64,000 nucleotides of DNA from a virus: UHGV virus genome UHGV-1366123; one strand, 5' to 3'. Below, piece by piece: positions 45,723 to 54,915 of the stretch. How positions within the stretch are numbered: position 1 is the first letter of the stretch; each line of letters starts with the position of its first letter. A model generated the notes under the pieces. That model was given only the letters and a program-made list of their open reading frames with translations. It ran no database searches and was not told where the DNA came from. A program made the position numbers and the translations under genes.

Positions 45723-46058
45723 ATGACTATTAAAGAATACTTAGAAGGTCTCTTCGAATCGAAGATGTATCTCAAGTTTTACGAGTTGTTCGGTGACAGA
45801 TTCGGATTCTCTCTTGAAGATGACTATTCTCAGTTTGAAAAGAAAGTAGACTATTTCGTCGAAACTGCAGATATCGAATTCTTCTGTCTTGAAGAAAACC
45901 TCGAAGACACTGTTGACAAATTCTTCATCATTCCAATGTTGAAGAACATGAGCGACATCAGTTATATTCGAAAGTTCTTCGATTATGAATCGTATAAGCA
46001 GATGCTCATTGATCGTGGTTACACAGTCAAAGACAACTACGTGTTCTCACCATTCTAA
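45723..46058 (+). CDS. paralog-array member 9 (divergent; ORF track start 45648 lies inside the terminator hairpin)
   Basis: MTIKEYLEGLFESKMYLKFYELF ... Retains the N-terminal block and periodic acidic-aromatic pattern but lacks the terminal GYYF. Confidence 0.55.
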   Translation: MTIKEYLEGLFESKMYLKFYELFGDRFGFSLEDDYSQFEKKVDYFVETADIEFFCLEENLEDTVDKFFIIPMLKNMSDISYIRKFFDYESYKQMLIDRGYTVKDNYVFSPF

Positions 46059-46078
46059 ACAATAAGAAACAAAAGATC

Positions 46079-46459
46079 ATGACTATCAGAGATTATATCA
46101 GAGAAAACTGTCATATTCCTTACGAAGCAATAATTGCCTATTACGAATATGATACCAGTGTCAGTGGTATCGATATCGACTTCGAATACGACGAAAAGGA
46201 AGCAGGAGGATTCGAAGCCATGGAAATTGATATTCAGAAGGAACTTGCAGATAAACTCATCGACAAGGCTGAAAGCGTTTATCAATGTGATGAAGATTCG
46301 TTTGAAGACATGGTAAACGATCACTATATCGATCAATACATAGCCGATGGGGCTGATCCGAAGGGGATTTATCGCTTCTTCGATTATGATAAGTTCAGAG
46401 AACACCTTTTCAATGACGGTTTCTTCGAACATAACGGTTATTGGTTCATCGGGTATTAG
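46079..46459 (+). CDS. paralog-array member 10
   Basis: MTIRDYIRENCHIPYEAIIAYYEY ... NGYWFIGY. Confidence 0.7.
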   Translation: MTIRDYIRENCHIPYEAIIAYYEYDTSVSGIDIDFEYDEKEAGGFEAMEIDIQKELADKLIDKAESVYQCDEDSFEDMVNDHYIDQYIADGADPKGIYRFFDYDKFREHLFNDGFFEHNGYWFIGY

Positions 46460-46494
46460 TCGAAAGAAACTAATAAACGTAAGAATCGAACGAT

Positions 46495-46537
46495 GGGGGG
46501 GGGGTCACGTAGTTATCTTTTATTACATGACCCCCCC
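46495..46537. repeat. G10 ... C7 homopolymer-capped hairpin (GGGGGGGGGGTCACGTA ... TACATGACCCCCCC)
   Basis: Read directly. The only long G/C homopolymers in an otherwise AT-rich window. Followed by TTTAAATAAC (46545-46554). Confidence 0.5.
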
Positions 46538-46576
46538 TCGTTCATTTAAATAACAAAATCTAAAGAAACAAAAATT

Positions 46577-46990
46577 ATGACGACGACTATTAGAGACTAT
46601 ATCAGAGAAAACTGTCACATCGACTATGAAGCAGTGATCGCCTACTACGAAAGTGGCTATTGTAATGTTGAAGTCGATATCGACTTCGAATACGACGACG
46701 AAAAGGAAGCAGGGGAATTCGAGACTTCGGAAGATTACGATAACTACTACTCAGAAATCGACGTTCAGAAGGAACTCGCAGATGCGATCATCGAGAAGGC
46801 AGAAGAAAACTATCAGTGTGATGATGATGGATTCGAAGACATGGTAAACGAACTCTACATCGACCCATGTATTGAAGGTGCAGCTGATCCAGACACGATC
46901 TATCGTTACTTCGACTATGATAGTTTCAGACGTGACCTTCTGATGGGTGACTACTTCTATCAAGACGGTTATTACTTCCTCGCCTACTAG
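46577..46990 (+). CDS. paralog-array member 11
   Basis: MTTTIRDYIRENCHIDYEAVIAYYES ... DGYYFLAY. Closest to member 10. Confidence 0.7.
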   Translation: MTTTIRDYIRENCHIDYEAVIAYYESGYCNVEVDIDFEYDDEKEAGEFETSEDYDNYYSEIDVQKELADAIIEKAEENYQCDDDGFEDMVNELYIDPCIEGAADPDTIYRYFDYDSFRRDLLMGDYFYQDGYYFLAY

Positions 46991-47022
46991 TCGAGAGATT
47001 CATAATATCATAAAAATCAGAG

Positions 47023-47053
47023 AGGGCAAGGAAAACTATTTCCTTGCCCTCTC
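47023..47053. terminator. perfect 14-bp stem AGAGGGCAAGGAAA / TTTCCTTGCCCTCT with a 4-nt loop, closing the array
   Basis: Read directly. The stem sequence is related to the PeSL arm motif. Confidence 0.55.
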
Positions 47054-47126
47054 CTTGTGTTTGAGCCTATTTCTCCTTGCCGAACTACCTTCACAGTCGT
47101 CAGAGATCAAGGAAAGTACCTCTCCG

Positions 47127-47834
47127 TCATTTCCTCGATTCTCTCTTCTTCACATAGTCTTGTACTTCTTTTATCTTTGTTTTTACAATTTCCACATCTT
47201 TATGCTTTCCTATACCACTTCCGTCAAGATTTCTCCAATATCTCCAATAGATCGCTCTTATCTGCATCTTCTCGATGTATCTTATCGGGAACGTACAAAT
47301 CTTGTACCAATCTTCATATGAAACAATCATTGGTTTCGATTGGAATCTTTCAAGTCTGTATGATCTGATTGCAAATTCGAAACCGCTGTTTTGAAGGACT
47401 TTCTTTGCCACATCATAATAAAGCGGAATATCCAAGATCGGTGTTTCTCCAGCGTTTATCTTTTCTATGTTTGGACTTATGACTTGCGTATTCCAAAGCC
47501 TTATTATCGTGTCGAGAACCTTTATACGCATCGACGGAGGGATAAACGACAGGTTTATCCCATAAGGAAGAAGATGACCTTCCGATGTTATCTTATAACC
47601 TATTATGAAAGTCAATGGACACCATGAGAAGAAGTCCATTTCATCCTTAGTTATAGGATCATAGAACCACGTATAAATCTTGCCTATCTTTGGAATAGGT
47701 GTTCGAGATTCTTCTCTGGGGTTCTTCTCTTTCATAACATAAACGTCATCAAACCACTTCTTTGATCTACTGACGATAGTAGAGTAAGGCGTGGTCTCGG
47801 ACATTTTCATTATGGTTTCTGATACAAGCTCCAT
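47127..47834 (-). CDS. hypothetical protein
   Basis: Isolated 235-aa ORF on the minus strand between the array and the baseplate gene. Confidence 0.5.
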   Translation of the reverse strand: MELVSETIMKMSETTPYSTIVSRSKKWFDDVYVMKEKNPREESRTPIPKIGKIYTWFYDPITKDEMDFFSWCPLTFIIGYKITSEGHLLPYGINLSFIPPSMRIKVLDTIIRLWNTQVISPNIEKINAGETPILDIPLYYDVAKKVLQNSGFEFAIRSYRLERFQSKPMIVSYEDWYKICTFPIRYIEKMQIRAIYWRYWRNLDGSGIGKHKDVEIVKTKIKEVQDYVKKRESRK

Positions 47835-47882
47835 CGTACTTTTCTTTTATTTGACGGTTAAATAAAAGAAACTCGGAAAAGA

Positions 47883-49490
47883 ATGATTGCGGATTTCTTA
47901 TCAAAATTGAGAATTAAGGCATACGACACACTCAACGACACCATAAACTTCCTAATCCAAAAGTACAAGACTGATATTCGTTCATTCTCGTATTCATCAC
48001 CCTTTGGTCAGATTCTTATTGTTTTGCAGAACCATATGCAAAACATTTACTATTATATCACAGATTCCGCAAATCAGACAAATTTCCACACTGCAAACAG
48101 ACAATCTTCCGTTTATGGCTTGGCCAGACTTCAAGGTTATAACGCTTATCGTGGGAAATCTGCGACTGGTGTCATAAATCTGAAAGTCAAACCAGATGCA
48201 AAGACGAATCTCATAACTGGGAATCGTGTTTTTATACCGAATTATTCAAAGCTTACGTGTCTGCAGAATGGTCTCGTTTACATGCTCGATCTTGGTAAAG
48301 ATTACGAGATCTTCGACATTCAAAAAAGAGTAGACGTTTCCTTGAACATAATAGAGGGAAAACTTGAGTACCAAACGTTCACAGGGACAGGTGAAGATAT
48401 TCAGTCTTATGAAGTTCATGCATCCCAATGGAACATGTTTGACAATGACTTCGTTATTGTTACTGTAAATGGGAAAGAATACCCTCAGTACGATTCACTT
48501 TACGACATACCTTACGGAGAATGCGGATGTTTGGTGAAAACTGGGATGACTTCTGGGATCGATGTCATCTTCGGGAAATCATCTCATAACGAAGTACCTC
48601 CTCTTGGTGCAGAAATACGAGTGGACTACATCACTACGAGTGGTTCTGTGGGGAACGTTTTCGAAGATACGGTCTTGTTTTCCCTCAATGACACTTGCTT
48701 TGACACTTATGGAAACGAGATAAACATGTCCGATATCTTTGTTGCCGTCAATGAGGTCAATCCTTCATTTGGTGCAGATTCAGAACCAATAGAAATGACA
48801 AAGATTCTCGCACCAAACATTTCTCGCAACTTTGTAATACACGACAAACGAACAATTGAGAACTTCTTCCGTCGTATGAACTACTTCTCATTGATAGATG
48901 TTTTCAAGAGAGAAGTGAATCATCACAATGAGTATTCCGTCGTTCTTGTTCCAAAGCTCAAATCCCTCATACTTCGAAACGAAGACTACTTCGATTTCAA
49001 CACAGATCACCTTTTTATAAAGGAAAATGAAAAGCAGAAACTGATCGACACGATAAAGTCGTATGGTAACAAATCGTTAGATATTTCAATAAGCATTGTA
49101 AACCCAGAGATTAGAAGATTTGTGGTTTATCTTTATGTTGAACTTTTCCGAGAAGTGAAAGGAAAACCGACGGACTTTGAACGTGTACAATCCGACATTC
49201 GTCATGCACTTTCTGCTTATCTTCTCGATTCACAGAAACTGACGAAGATAACTCATTCTGACATAGTTTCACAGATTGACGGTATAGTTGGTGTCGATAG
49301 CGTCAAAGTGGTGTTTGTTCCAGAGTACGAAGGTGATGTGGATGAAATCGGCAACATTTCTCTGAAGCCATCACAGATCGCAGTCCTTCGTGGAGGTTTT
49401 ACAGATTCTCAAGGCATCTCTTACAAGGACACTTTCACGACACCAAACGAGATGTCATCGGTCAACATAGCAATAGAGTATTCCAAATAA
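47883..49490 (+). CDS. baseplate wedge protein, T4 gp6-like (Baseplate_J family), tentative
   Basis: QSSVYGLARLQGYNAYRGKSATGVINLKV resembles the gp6 block RSSVVQAAQDNGYLPTSKSAAQTEIMLT. 535 aa. GGTTAAATAAAAG motif upstream. Confidence 0.5.
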   Translation: MIADFLSKLRIKAYDTLNDTINFLIQKYKTDIRSFSYSSPFGQILIVLQNHMQNIYYYITDSANQTNFHTANRQSSVYGLARLQGYNAYRGKSATGVINLKVKPDAKTNLITGNRVFIPNYSKLTCLQNGLVYMLDLGKDYEIFDIQKRVDVSLNIIEGKLEYQTFTGTGEDIQSYEVHASQWNMFDNDFVIVTVNGKEYPQYDSLYDIPYGECGCLVKTGMTSGIDVIFGKSSHNEVPPLGAEIRVDYITTSGSVGNVFEDTVLFSLNDTCFDTYGNEINMSDIFVAVNEVNPSFGADSEPIEMTKILAPNISRNFVIHDKRTIENFFRRMNYFSLIDVFKREVNHHNEYSVVLVPKLKSLILRNEDYFDFNTDHLFIKENEKQKLIDTIKSYGNKSLDISISIVNPEIRRFVVYLYVELFREVKGKPTDFERVQSDIRHALSAYLLDSQKLTKITHSDIVSQIDGIVGVDSVKVVFVPEYEGDVDEIGNISLKPSQIAVLRGGFTDSQGISYKDTFTTPNEMSSVNIAIEYSK

Positions 49491-49496
49491 AGAAGA

Positions 49497-49868
49497 ATGG
49501 AAAAATCAATCAAGTTAACAAGAAACAACTTTCTTGTAGAAGAATTGTGTAAAGATGCGCTCCTCGATTTCGATTCTCCGAGAAATGTTGGTGTTGTCGT
49601 ATGTGGTAACGAGAAATATGAAGATGTGAAAGTCGGGGACAAGGTCTTCTTCGGTGAAACCAATGGTTACATGATAGAACTCAACGGCATTCGTTATTGT
49701 CTTCTGTCATATTCCGAAATGCTCGGCATTATCGAGGGTGAATGTGGTCGGGAAGATATTATCGTTGGGAGATACCGAGACCTTGATGACTACATAGACA
49801 AGCTCACACAGAAGAATCTTCTCGGTGATAATCCGATCAACATACACGAAGGTATGTTTTATAAATAA
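49497..49868 (+). CDS. possible second Cpn10/GroES-fold protein (gp31-like co-chaperonin candidate)
   Basis: IKLTRNNFLVEE ... NVGVVVCGNE ... DVKVGDKVFFGETNGYMIELNGIRYCLLSYSEMLGIIE parallels the GroES blocks IRPLHDRVIVK ... GEVLAVGNG ... DVKVGDIVIF ... EVLIMSESDILAIVE. Confidence 0.35.
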   Translation: MEKSIKLTRNNFLVEELCKDALLDFDSPRNVGVVVCGNEKYEDVKVGDKVFFGETNGYMIELNGIRYCLLSYSEMLGIIEGECGREDIIVGRYRDLDDYIDKLTQKNLLGDNPINIHEGMFYK

Positions 49869-49903
49869 CGAAATCATAAAAAAGAATTAAAACAAGAATA
49901 ATT

Positions 49904-50743
49904 ATGCTTAGAAATAAATCACTAAAGCGATATTCAGCTGGTGCAAGAAGAGCATTCGAAAGCGCATCGAATCCTTCAGTAAAGCAGGCTAGCAGAGCAT
50001 CTTCAAAGAAGCAGGTCACTGATGCATCTGTAAAGCAGGCTTCTTTCCGTGAAGCTGTAACACGCACGATTGAGAAGCAGAAGGCATCTTCAAAGAGACA
50101 GGCTTCTCTCCGTGAAGCAGTTTCTCGTACGATTTCGAAGGAAGCTTCTGCTCGTCAGAAGTCACTCGCCAAGCAGGCTTCTCTTCGTGAAGCTGTTTCA
50201 CGTTCTATCTCAAAGCAGAAGGCATCTGCCAAGCAGTCATCAATTCGTGAAGCTATCGCAGAAATGTCCGCCAAGCAGGCATCTTCTGCAAAGCAGGCAA
50301 CCTCTGCAAGCCGTAAGACTCGTCTGTCTTATAAGGAAGCATCTGCAAAGCAGGCATCTCGTCAGTCTCAGAAGGCAGTATCACTCAAGAGCGCTGATGA
50401 ACTCGTACAGCAGGACATCCTCAACTCTGAAGATGTAGAAAACGTACTGAAGCAGGCAGAACTCTCTACGAAGCAGATCGACGCAGTCATCGACGCTCTC
50501 CCAGAGAAGAAGGAAGTTTCACTTGAAGAAGTTGTAACTGAACTCACCGAACAGAGCGTTGAAAAGGAAGTTATCGATGATGTCATTGAAATTGCAACTG
50601 AAGAAGCTGTCAAGGTTTCTGTCAAGGATACGCAGGTCAACGAATCACAGGCTCGTCGACTTCGTAGAGCAATTAGAGAATCGCTCTCGAGAAAAGCTAA
50701 TCGTGCAGTCTACGAAAAGCGTCTTTCAAGAATCCGTCGCTAA
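49904..50743 (+). CDS. repeat protein with tandem 20-21-aa KQAS(L/F)REAVSRTISKQKASA units and an acidic C-terminal half
   Basis: About 60-bp tandem DNA repeats across 50030-50300. Serine-, lysine- and glutamine-rich. Confidence 0.6.
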   Translation: MLRNKSLKRYSAGARRAFESASNPSVKQASRASSKKQVTDASVKQASFREAVTRTIEKQKASSKRQASLREAVSRTISKEASARQKSLAKQASLREAVSRSISKQKASAKQSSIREAIAEMSAKQASSAKQATSASRKTRLSYKEASAKQASRQSQKAVSLKSADELVQQDILNSEDVENVLKQAELSTKQIDAVIDALPEKKEVSLEEVVTELTEQSVEKEVIDDVIEIATEEAVKVSVKDTQVNESQARRLRRAIRESLSRKANRAVYEKRLSRIRR

Positions 50744-50771
50744 AAGACAAAACTAACATACAAAAGAAACT

Positions 50772-50810
50772 GTTTCAGCCCGACCATAATAAGAATGGTC
50801 GGGCTGAAAC
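50772..50810. terminator. 16-bp perfect stem GTTTCAGCCCGACCAT / ATGGTCGGGCTGAAAC followed by TTTTTATATGG
   Basis: Read directly. Confidence 0.65.
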
Positions 50811-50861
50811 TTTTTATATGGTTCAATTGATAAGAATCATATAAAAAAGGCGTATACACCA

Positions 50862-51608
50862 ATGGCTAAAAAATCACAGTACATAAACCCTTCGGAATAC
50901 AATGATGAACTGGTTAAATGTGTGAAACAAGATAAGTTGTCGGCAAAGATGATAGAAATGTTCTCCATTCATGCGAAGAATGTCTGCAGACGTTTCTATT
51001 TCCCAGATGATGACGATAAGAATGATGCAGTTTCTACGTGCATGGTCGATTTTCTCCACAATTGGAAATCTTTTGCCGTACAAAACAACGTGTTCCTAAA
51101 GTTCAATAGAAACTTTCAAATTGGTGAAAAACTTGAGCTGATAATCGAAAACTCGGGAACGTTCATCTTTACTGCTGGAGAACATCTCGATAAGGAAACG
51201 ATGACCTTCGAGATCAGAGATACCGCAAACAAGTCGATCAGATCGCTTATGATACTCTGCCAAGAAAAGCCACTTTCGGACATCATAAGAGTGACAAACA
51301 ACACATCTAACCACAAGATGATGATTAGAGACCTTCATAATCAAGAAGATCTGACAGTGTTCTCAAAGTTGATCGTCCATGAGCTTCCAAATGAACAACC
51401 ACTAATCCTTGAAGATGGCTATTATAACATTATCGGTGAAAATGTCTACTCATTTGTTCCATTTTCTCCTGCATTCCAATTCTTAACATCTTTGTGTAAC
51501 AACTCGATAAAGAAATCGCTTGACTACACATCACCCAAAGCCTTGAGAGGTGGGAATCAAGTAAGACTCTCGTGTAACGCAGAAGATAACGGAATCTACA
51601 CGCTATAA
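50862..51608 (+). CDS. hypothetical protein; the N-terminal about 110 aa weakly resemble the T4 gp55 late sigma factor
   Basis: The KSQYINPSEYNDELVKCV ... MIEMFSIHAKNVCRRFYF ... DFLHNW pattern is reminiscent of gp55 (KYNYVNNKELLQAII ... LAIMLIAEGLSKRFNF ... KGLHNF). The protein is 248 aa versus 185. Confidence 0.45.
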   Translation: MAKKSQYINPSEYNDELVKCVKQDKLSAKMIEMFSIHAKNVCRRFYFPDDDDKNDAVSTCMVDFLHNWKSFAVQNNVFLKFNRNFQIGEKLELIIENSGTFIFTAGEHLDKETMTFEIRDTANKSIRSLMILCQEKPLSDIIRVTNNTSNHKMMIRDLHNQEDLTVFSKLIVHELPNEQPLILEDGYYNIIGENVYSFVPFSPAFQFLTSLCNNSIKKSLDYTSPKALRGGNQVRLSCNAEDNGIYTL

Positions 51609-51622
51609 AAAGGTTAAAGAAA

Positions 51623-51844
51623 ATGAAGATAAAGATTTTCGAAAGCATTAAGAACATCAAGATCAAACCGATCCACATGTTACTGATTGCGGTGTTACTT
51701 ATCATCGCATCAAGGTATGTCTTTGAATACGTCAACCCATGGCTGGGGTGGATGTCTTATGGAGGGTCGATTTATGTCCTCTACAAATCTCTGACAGGAA
51801 TCTATAAAACTCATATCGAAAAAGAAGATGAAGAAGATCGCTAA
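51623..51844 (+). CDS. small membrane protein
   Basis: HMLLIAVLLIIASRYVF and WLGWMSYGGSIYVLY hydrophobic segments. Confidence 0.4.
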   Translation: MKIKIFESIKNIKIKPIHMLLIAVLLIIASRYVFEYVNPWLGWMSYGGSIYVLYKSLTGIYKTHIEKEDEEDR

Positions 51845-52631
51845 ACTTCTGTCTATCGGTGCACTTGCAACACTTTCCATCTCATGTGAGAGAGTTGCAC
51901 CAAACTATGCTGGTGTTCTCATGGAGAACTATGGCAAGAATGGTAAATCCGACTTCAACATAGTAACTGGCCGTGTCAACACGTTTGCACCAGGTACTGA
52001 ACTTTTCCAAGTCCCTCTGTTTGAACAACGTGGGGAATTCTCGGAAAAGGTAACTCTCAAAAGTTCTGATAACACCGAGTTCACTGCTCGACCAACGTAT
52101 TCTTACAAGGTTATCAAGGATCGTGCAATTGATGTCGTGTTTGATAACAAGCATATCGAATCAAGTCCTCTGAATGATTCTACAAACTTCATCTCATCAA
52201 TCGAGGACAACATCATAGAGCCAAGAATCTATGACCTCATCAAGGAAGAATCTCGAAAGCATAAAACGGATGAACTCATGGCGGACGGTGGTTCACTTTC
52301 CTTTGAAAAGTCTCTTGAAGATGTCATCCGTGAGGAATTCAAAAAGCGAGGATTCGAACTACTGACTTTCTCTGCACAACTCGAATTTTCCGAAAAAGTC
52401 AGAGAGAAGATCGATTCTCGAAATGAGGTCAACACCAATCTTTCTGTCCTTGATCAACAGATAGAAGAACAAAAGAAAAGAAACCAACTCGAACAGCTTC
52501 GTGCAGAACAGAACAAGATCCGTTCGAGTGGAATTGATGAAAAACTTCTGATGAAGGAATTTATAGAAAAGTGGGATGGTAAGACACCAATCTACGGTAA
52601 AATCCCAGACATCATCAAGTTAGAGAAATAG
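51828..52631 (+). CDS. putative lipoprotein
   Basis: N-terminal MKKIAKLLSIGALATLSISC (signal peptide plus lipobox-like LSISC). Confidence 0.5.
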   Translation: MKKIAKLLSIGALATLSISCERVAPNYAGVLMENYGKNGKSDFNIVTGRVNTFAPGTELFQVPLFEQRGEFSEKVTLKSSDNTEFTARPTYSYKVIKDRAIDVVFDNKHIESSPLNDSTNFISSIEDNIIEPRIYDLIKEESRKHKTDELMADGGSLSFEKSLEDVIREEFKKRGFELLTFSAQLEFSEKVREKIDSRNEVNTNLSVLDQQIEEQKKRNQLEQLRAEQNKIRSSGIDEKLLMKEFIEKWDGKTPIYGKIPDIIKLEK

Positions 52632-52673
52632 CAGGTTATAGAAATAACAGACAAATCGCCCCCAGACGAGAAA

Positions 52674-52710
52674 GAGCCGTGCTAAGGAGAAAGTTCCTTC
52701 AGCACGGCTC
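52674..52710. terminator. stem GAGCCGTGCTAAGGA / TCCTTCAGCACGGCTC
   Basis: Read directly. Confidence 0.5.
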
Positions 52711-52794
52711 TTGGTGTATAGATGAAACCATGCTGATTATAAGATTAATGAATGATGAAGAAATATCAATCAACTAATCAATCAAAGTAAGAAT

Positions 52795-53049
52795 ATGAAA
52801 AAGATAGGTCGCATAGGCTTTAGAGTGGTTTCCGTCTATGAAGTAGAAGAATGTGAAGTTCCCGATCACGTATACGAATCATTCAAAAAACTGGAAGAGA
52901 TGGGTGTTGATGAAATAAGCAACTTCTCCTCGGATGATGATGAATGTCGAGTTTATGACTACATCATGAGAAACTATGACAGTCCGCACGAATCTATCAC
53001 GTGTGAAGTAAAGCTCGATGAGATCTATCTTGACGAGAATAACTATTAA
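52795..53049 (+). CDS. hypothetical small acidic protein
   Basis: 84-aa ORF. Confidence 0.4.
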   Translation: MKKIGRIGFRVVSVYEVEECEVPDHVYESFKKLEEMGVDEISNFSSDDDECRVYDYIMRNYDSPHESITCEVKLDEIYLDENNY

Positions 53050-53060
53050 CAACAGACAAA

Positions 53061-54407
53061 ATGGAAAAGATGGAAAACAACTATCCTCAGATGCCAAATG
53101 GTCTCCTGCTCACCGAAGAGTTCAAGAAAGCGTATGACCTTCTTGAACACACGAAGGAATTCGTGTTTTTGACTGGGGATGCAGGATCTGGCAAGACCAC
53201 ATTCCTAAAATGGTGGTTAAGTAACACTTCAAAGAAGACAGTCGTTCTGTCTCCAACTGGTATGGGAGCTGTAAATCTTCTCCCAATCAAGGCATCAACC
53301 GTCCATAAGTTCTTCAAGTTTGGCAATAAGCCATTGTTCACATCGAACATCCCCCGACTTTCGTCTCAGAAATACAAGGAGAACAGACAGTTGTATCTCA
53401 ATGTCGACACGATCATCATTGATGAGTGTTCGATGGTATCTTCCATGATGATGCAGGCAATCGATGATTTTTATCGAATTAACTTTGATTCTGATGAACC
53501 ATTCGGTGGAAAGCAGATAGTCCTTGTCGGTGATATGGCACAGCTCCCACCAGTTATTGGGTCTGATGCCGAAAGACAATACACTAAGGACAGATTTGGT
53601 GGGAAATACTTCTTCTATGCGAATATCTTCAAGGAGGTAAGTATCAAGTTTGTCGAGTTCACAGAAATCTTCAGACAGAATGATCCCGAGTTCATTGGAT
53701 ACCTCAACAAGATCAGAACTGGGACGATAACACAAAGTGATATCATAAAGCTCAATGACATCTTCACATCAAACAAGGTGTCTGATGATGCTATGGTGAT
53801 CTCGTTCAGAAATGATGTCGTCGACATGATCAACGACTATAAGCTCAATGAGATCAAAGCAGAAGATGTGTTCCTCTATTCATCGATCAATGGCTTCTTC
53901 AATCCAAAGTCTTGTCCAGTCAAGGAAATCACACGTGTAAGACCTGGGTGCCGTATAATGTGCAGAAACAACGACAAGGAAGAAAGATGGGTGAATGGAA
54001 CGATCGCAAAGTTCGTCAAGAAGATCAATGACGATAAGATTATGATCGAACTTGAGGGAGGTGACAAGCAGATTATGGAAAAGGTCGAGTTCACCGATTC
54101 CAAGTTCGAGTACAACTCAAAGACTGGGGAAATCGAAGCCAAGGAAACATCTTCCATGACCTGCTTCCCTATCGTTGTGTCTTATGCAATGACTGCACAT
54201 AAATCGCAAGGGATCACACTTGACGAGGTGAAGATCGACATTGGTAAAGGTGCTTTCGACACAGGTCAGCTTTATGTAGCACTGTCACGTTGTCGGTCGA
54301 TGCGAGGAATACAGCTTATATCAAACATGTCGATACGAGACGTGAAAGTTGATGATAAGATTTATGAATTCTATAAAAAAATGAGAGAAAACAATGGAGT
54401 ACTTTAA
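53061..54407 (+). CDS. dda: SF1B DNA helicase, T4 Dda/RecD-like
   Basis: Walker A FLTGDAGSGKTT, Walker B IIIDECSMV, VLVGDMAQLPPV, and the C-terminal VALSRCRSMRGIQL block. Confidence 0.85.
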   Translation: MEKMENNYPQMPNGLLLTEEFKKAYDLLEHTKEFVFLTGDAGSGKTTFLKWWLSNTSKKTVVLSPTGMGAVNLLPIKASTVHKFFKFGNKPLFTSNIPRLSSQKYKENRQLYLNVDTIIIDECSMVSSMMMQAIDDFYRINFDSDEPFGGKQIVLVGDMAQLPPVIGSDAERQYTKDRFGGKYFFYANIFKEVSIKFVEFTEIFRQNDPEFIGYLNKIRTGTITQSDIIKLNDIFTSNKVSDDAMVISFRNDVVDMINDYKLNEIKAEDVFLYSSINGFFNPKSCPVKEITRVRPGCRIMCRNNDKEERWVNGTIAKFVKKINDDKIMIELEGGDKQIMEKVEFTDSKFEYNSKTGEIEAKETSSMTCFPIVVSYAMTAHKSQGITLDEVKIDIGKGAFDTGQLYVALSRCRSMRGIQLISNMSIRDVKVDDKIYEFYKKMRENNGVL

Positions 54408-54816
54408 GGTAGTAATTGCTTACCGTGCGTCAGATGATGAAGGTAAGCTGAAGAAATTCACCAAGCAGATCATCGTGAATTCCAAGAACTTCGCAGAAGC
54501 AGAAAAGGACGCTATGCACGCCTTTGGGGAAGCAGTTCCCGAAGGTCATGCCGAATTCGAGATGAAGTCCATCTCAAAGGTACATTTCGAATACATCTTC
54601 GGCATGGACAATCAACAGATCCTCCACCGCCCACAATGGTATAAGGCGACAGTAAAGACTGATTCTGAGAAGTTCCAGATTCTAATCTGTGGTGATAACA
54701 ACATTTCTGATATCTCAAACGATATCTCCGAGAGAATGAGCAACGAGGTGGTTATTCCTTTTGGTGTGGTTCAAGTCACCTCCACCAACATTCTCACTGT
54801 AGAACTCACGGCATAA
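54394..54816 (+). CDS. hypothetical protein
   Basis: 140-aa ORF overlapping the dda stop. Confidence 0.5.
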   Translation: MEYFKVVIAYRASDDEGKLKKFTKQIIVNSKNFAEAEKDAMHAFGEAVPEGHAEFEMKSISKVHFEYIFGMDNQQILHRPQWYKATVKTDSEKFQILICGDNNISDISNDISERMSNEVVIPFGVVQVTSTNILTVELTA

Positions 54817-54849
54817 GCCATCAACCAATAACCACGACAAGATATTCTT

Positions 54850-54906
54850 GAAGGCACAGAGAGGTATTTCCGTTGCGCTCTGTGCCTTCAAGAATATAAA
54901 AAATCG
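54850..54906. repeat. PeSL-like cassette: stem GAAGGCACAGAG / CTCTGTGCCTTC with loop AGGTATTTCCGTTGCG, then TATAAAAAATCG; TTGCGC-N16-TATAAA
   Basis: The arm motif sits in the loop here. Lies upstream of the HD hydrolase gene. Confidence 0.5.
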
Positions 54907-54915
54907 ATACAAAGT

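Noticed and set aside
46947-47368. Two overlapping + strand ORFs (124 and 103 aa) after the array
   Set aside because: They overlap terminator hairpins and the well-supported minus-strand gene 47127..47834. Products are low-complexity.
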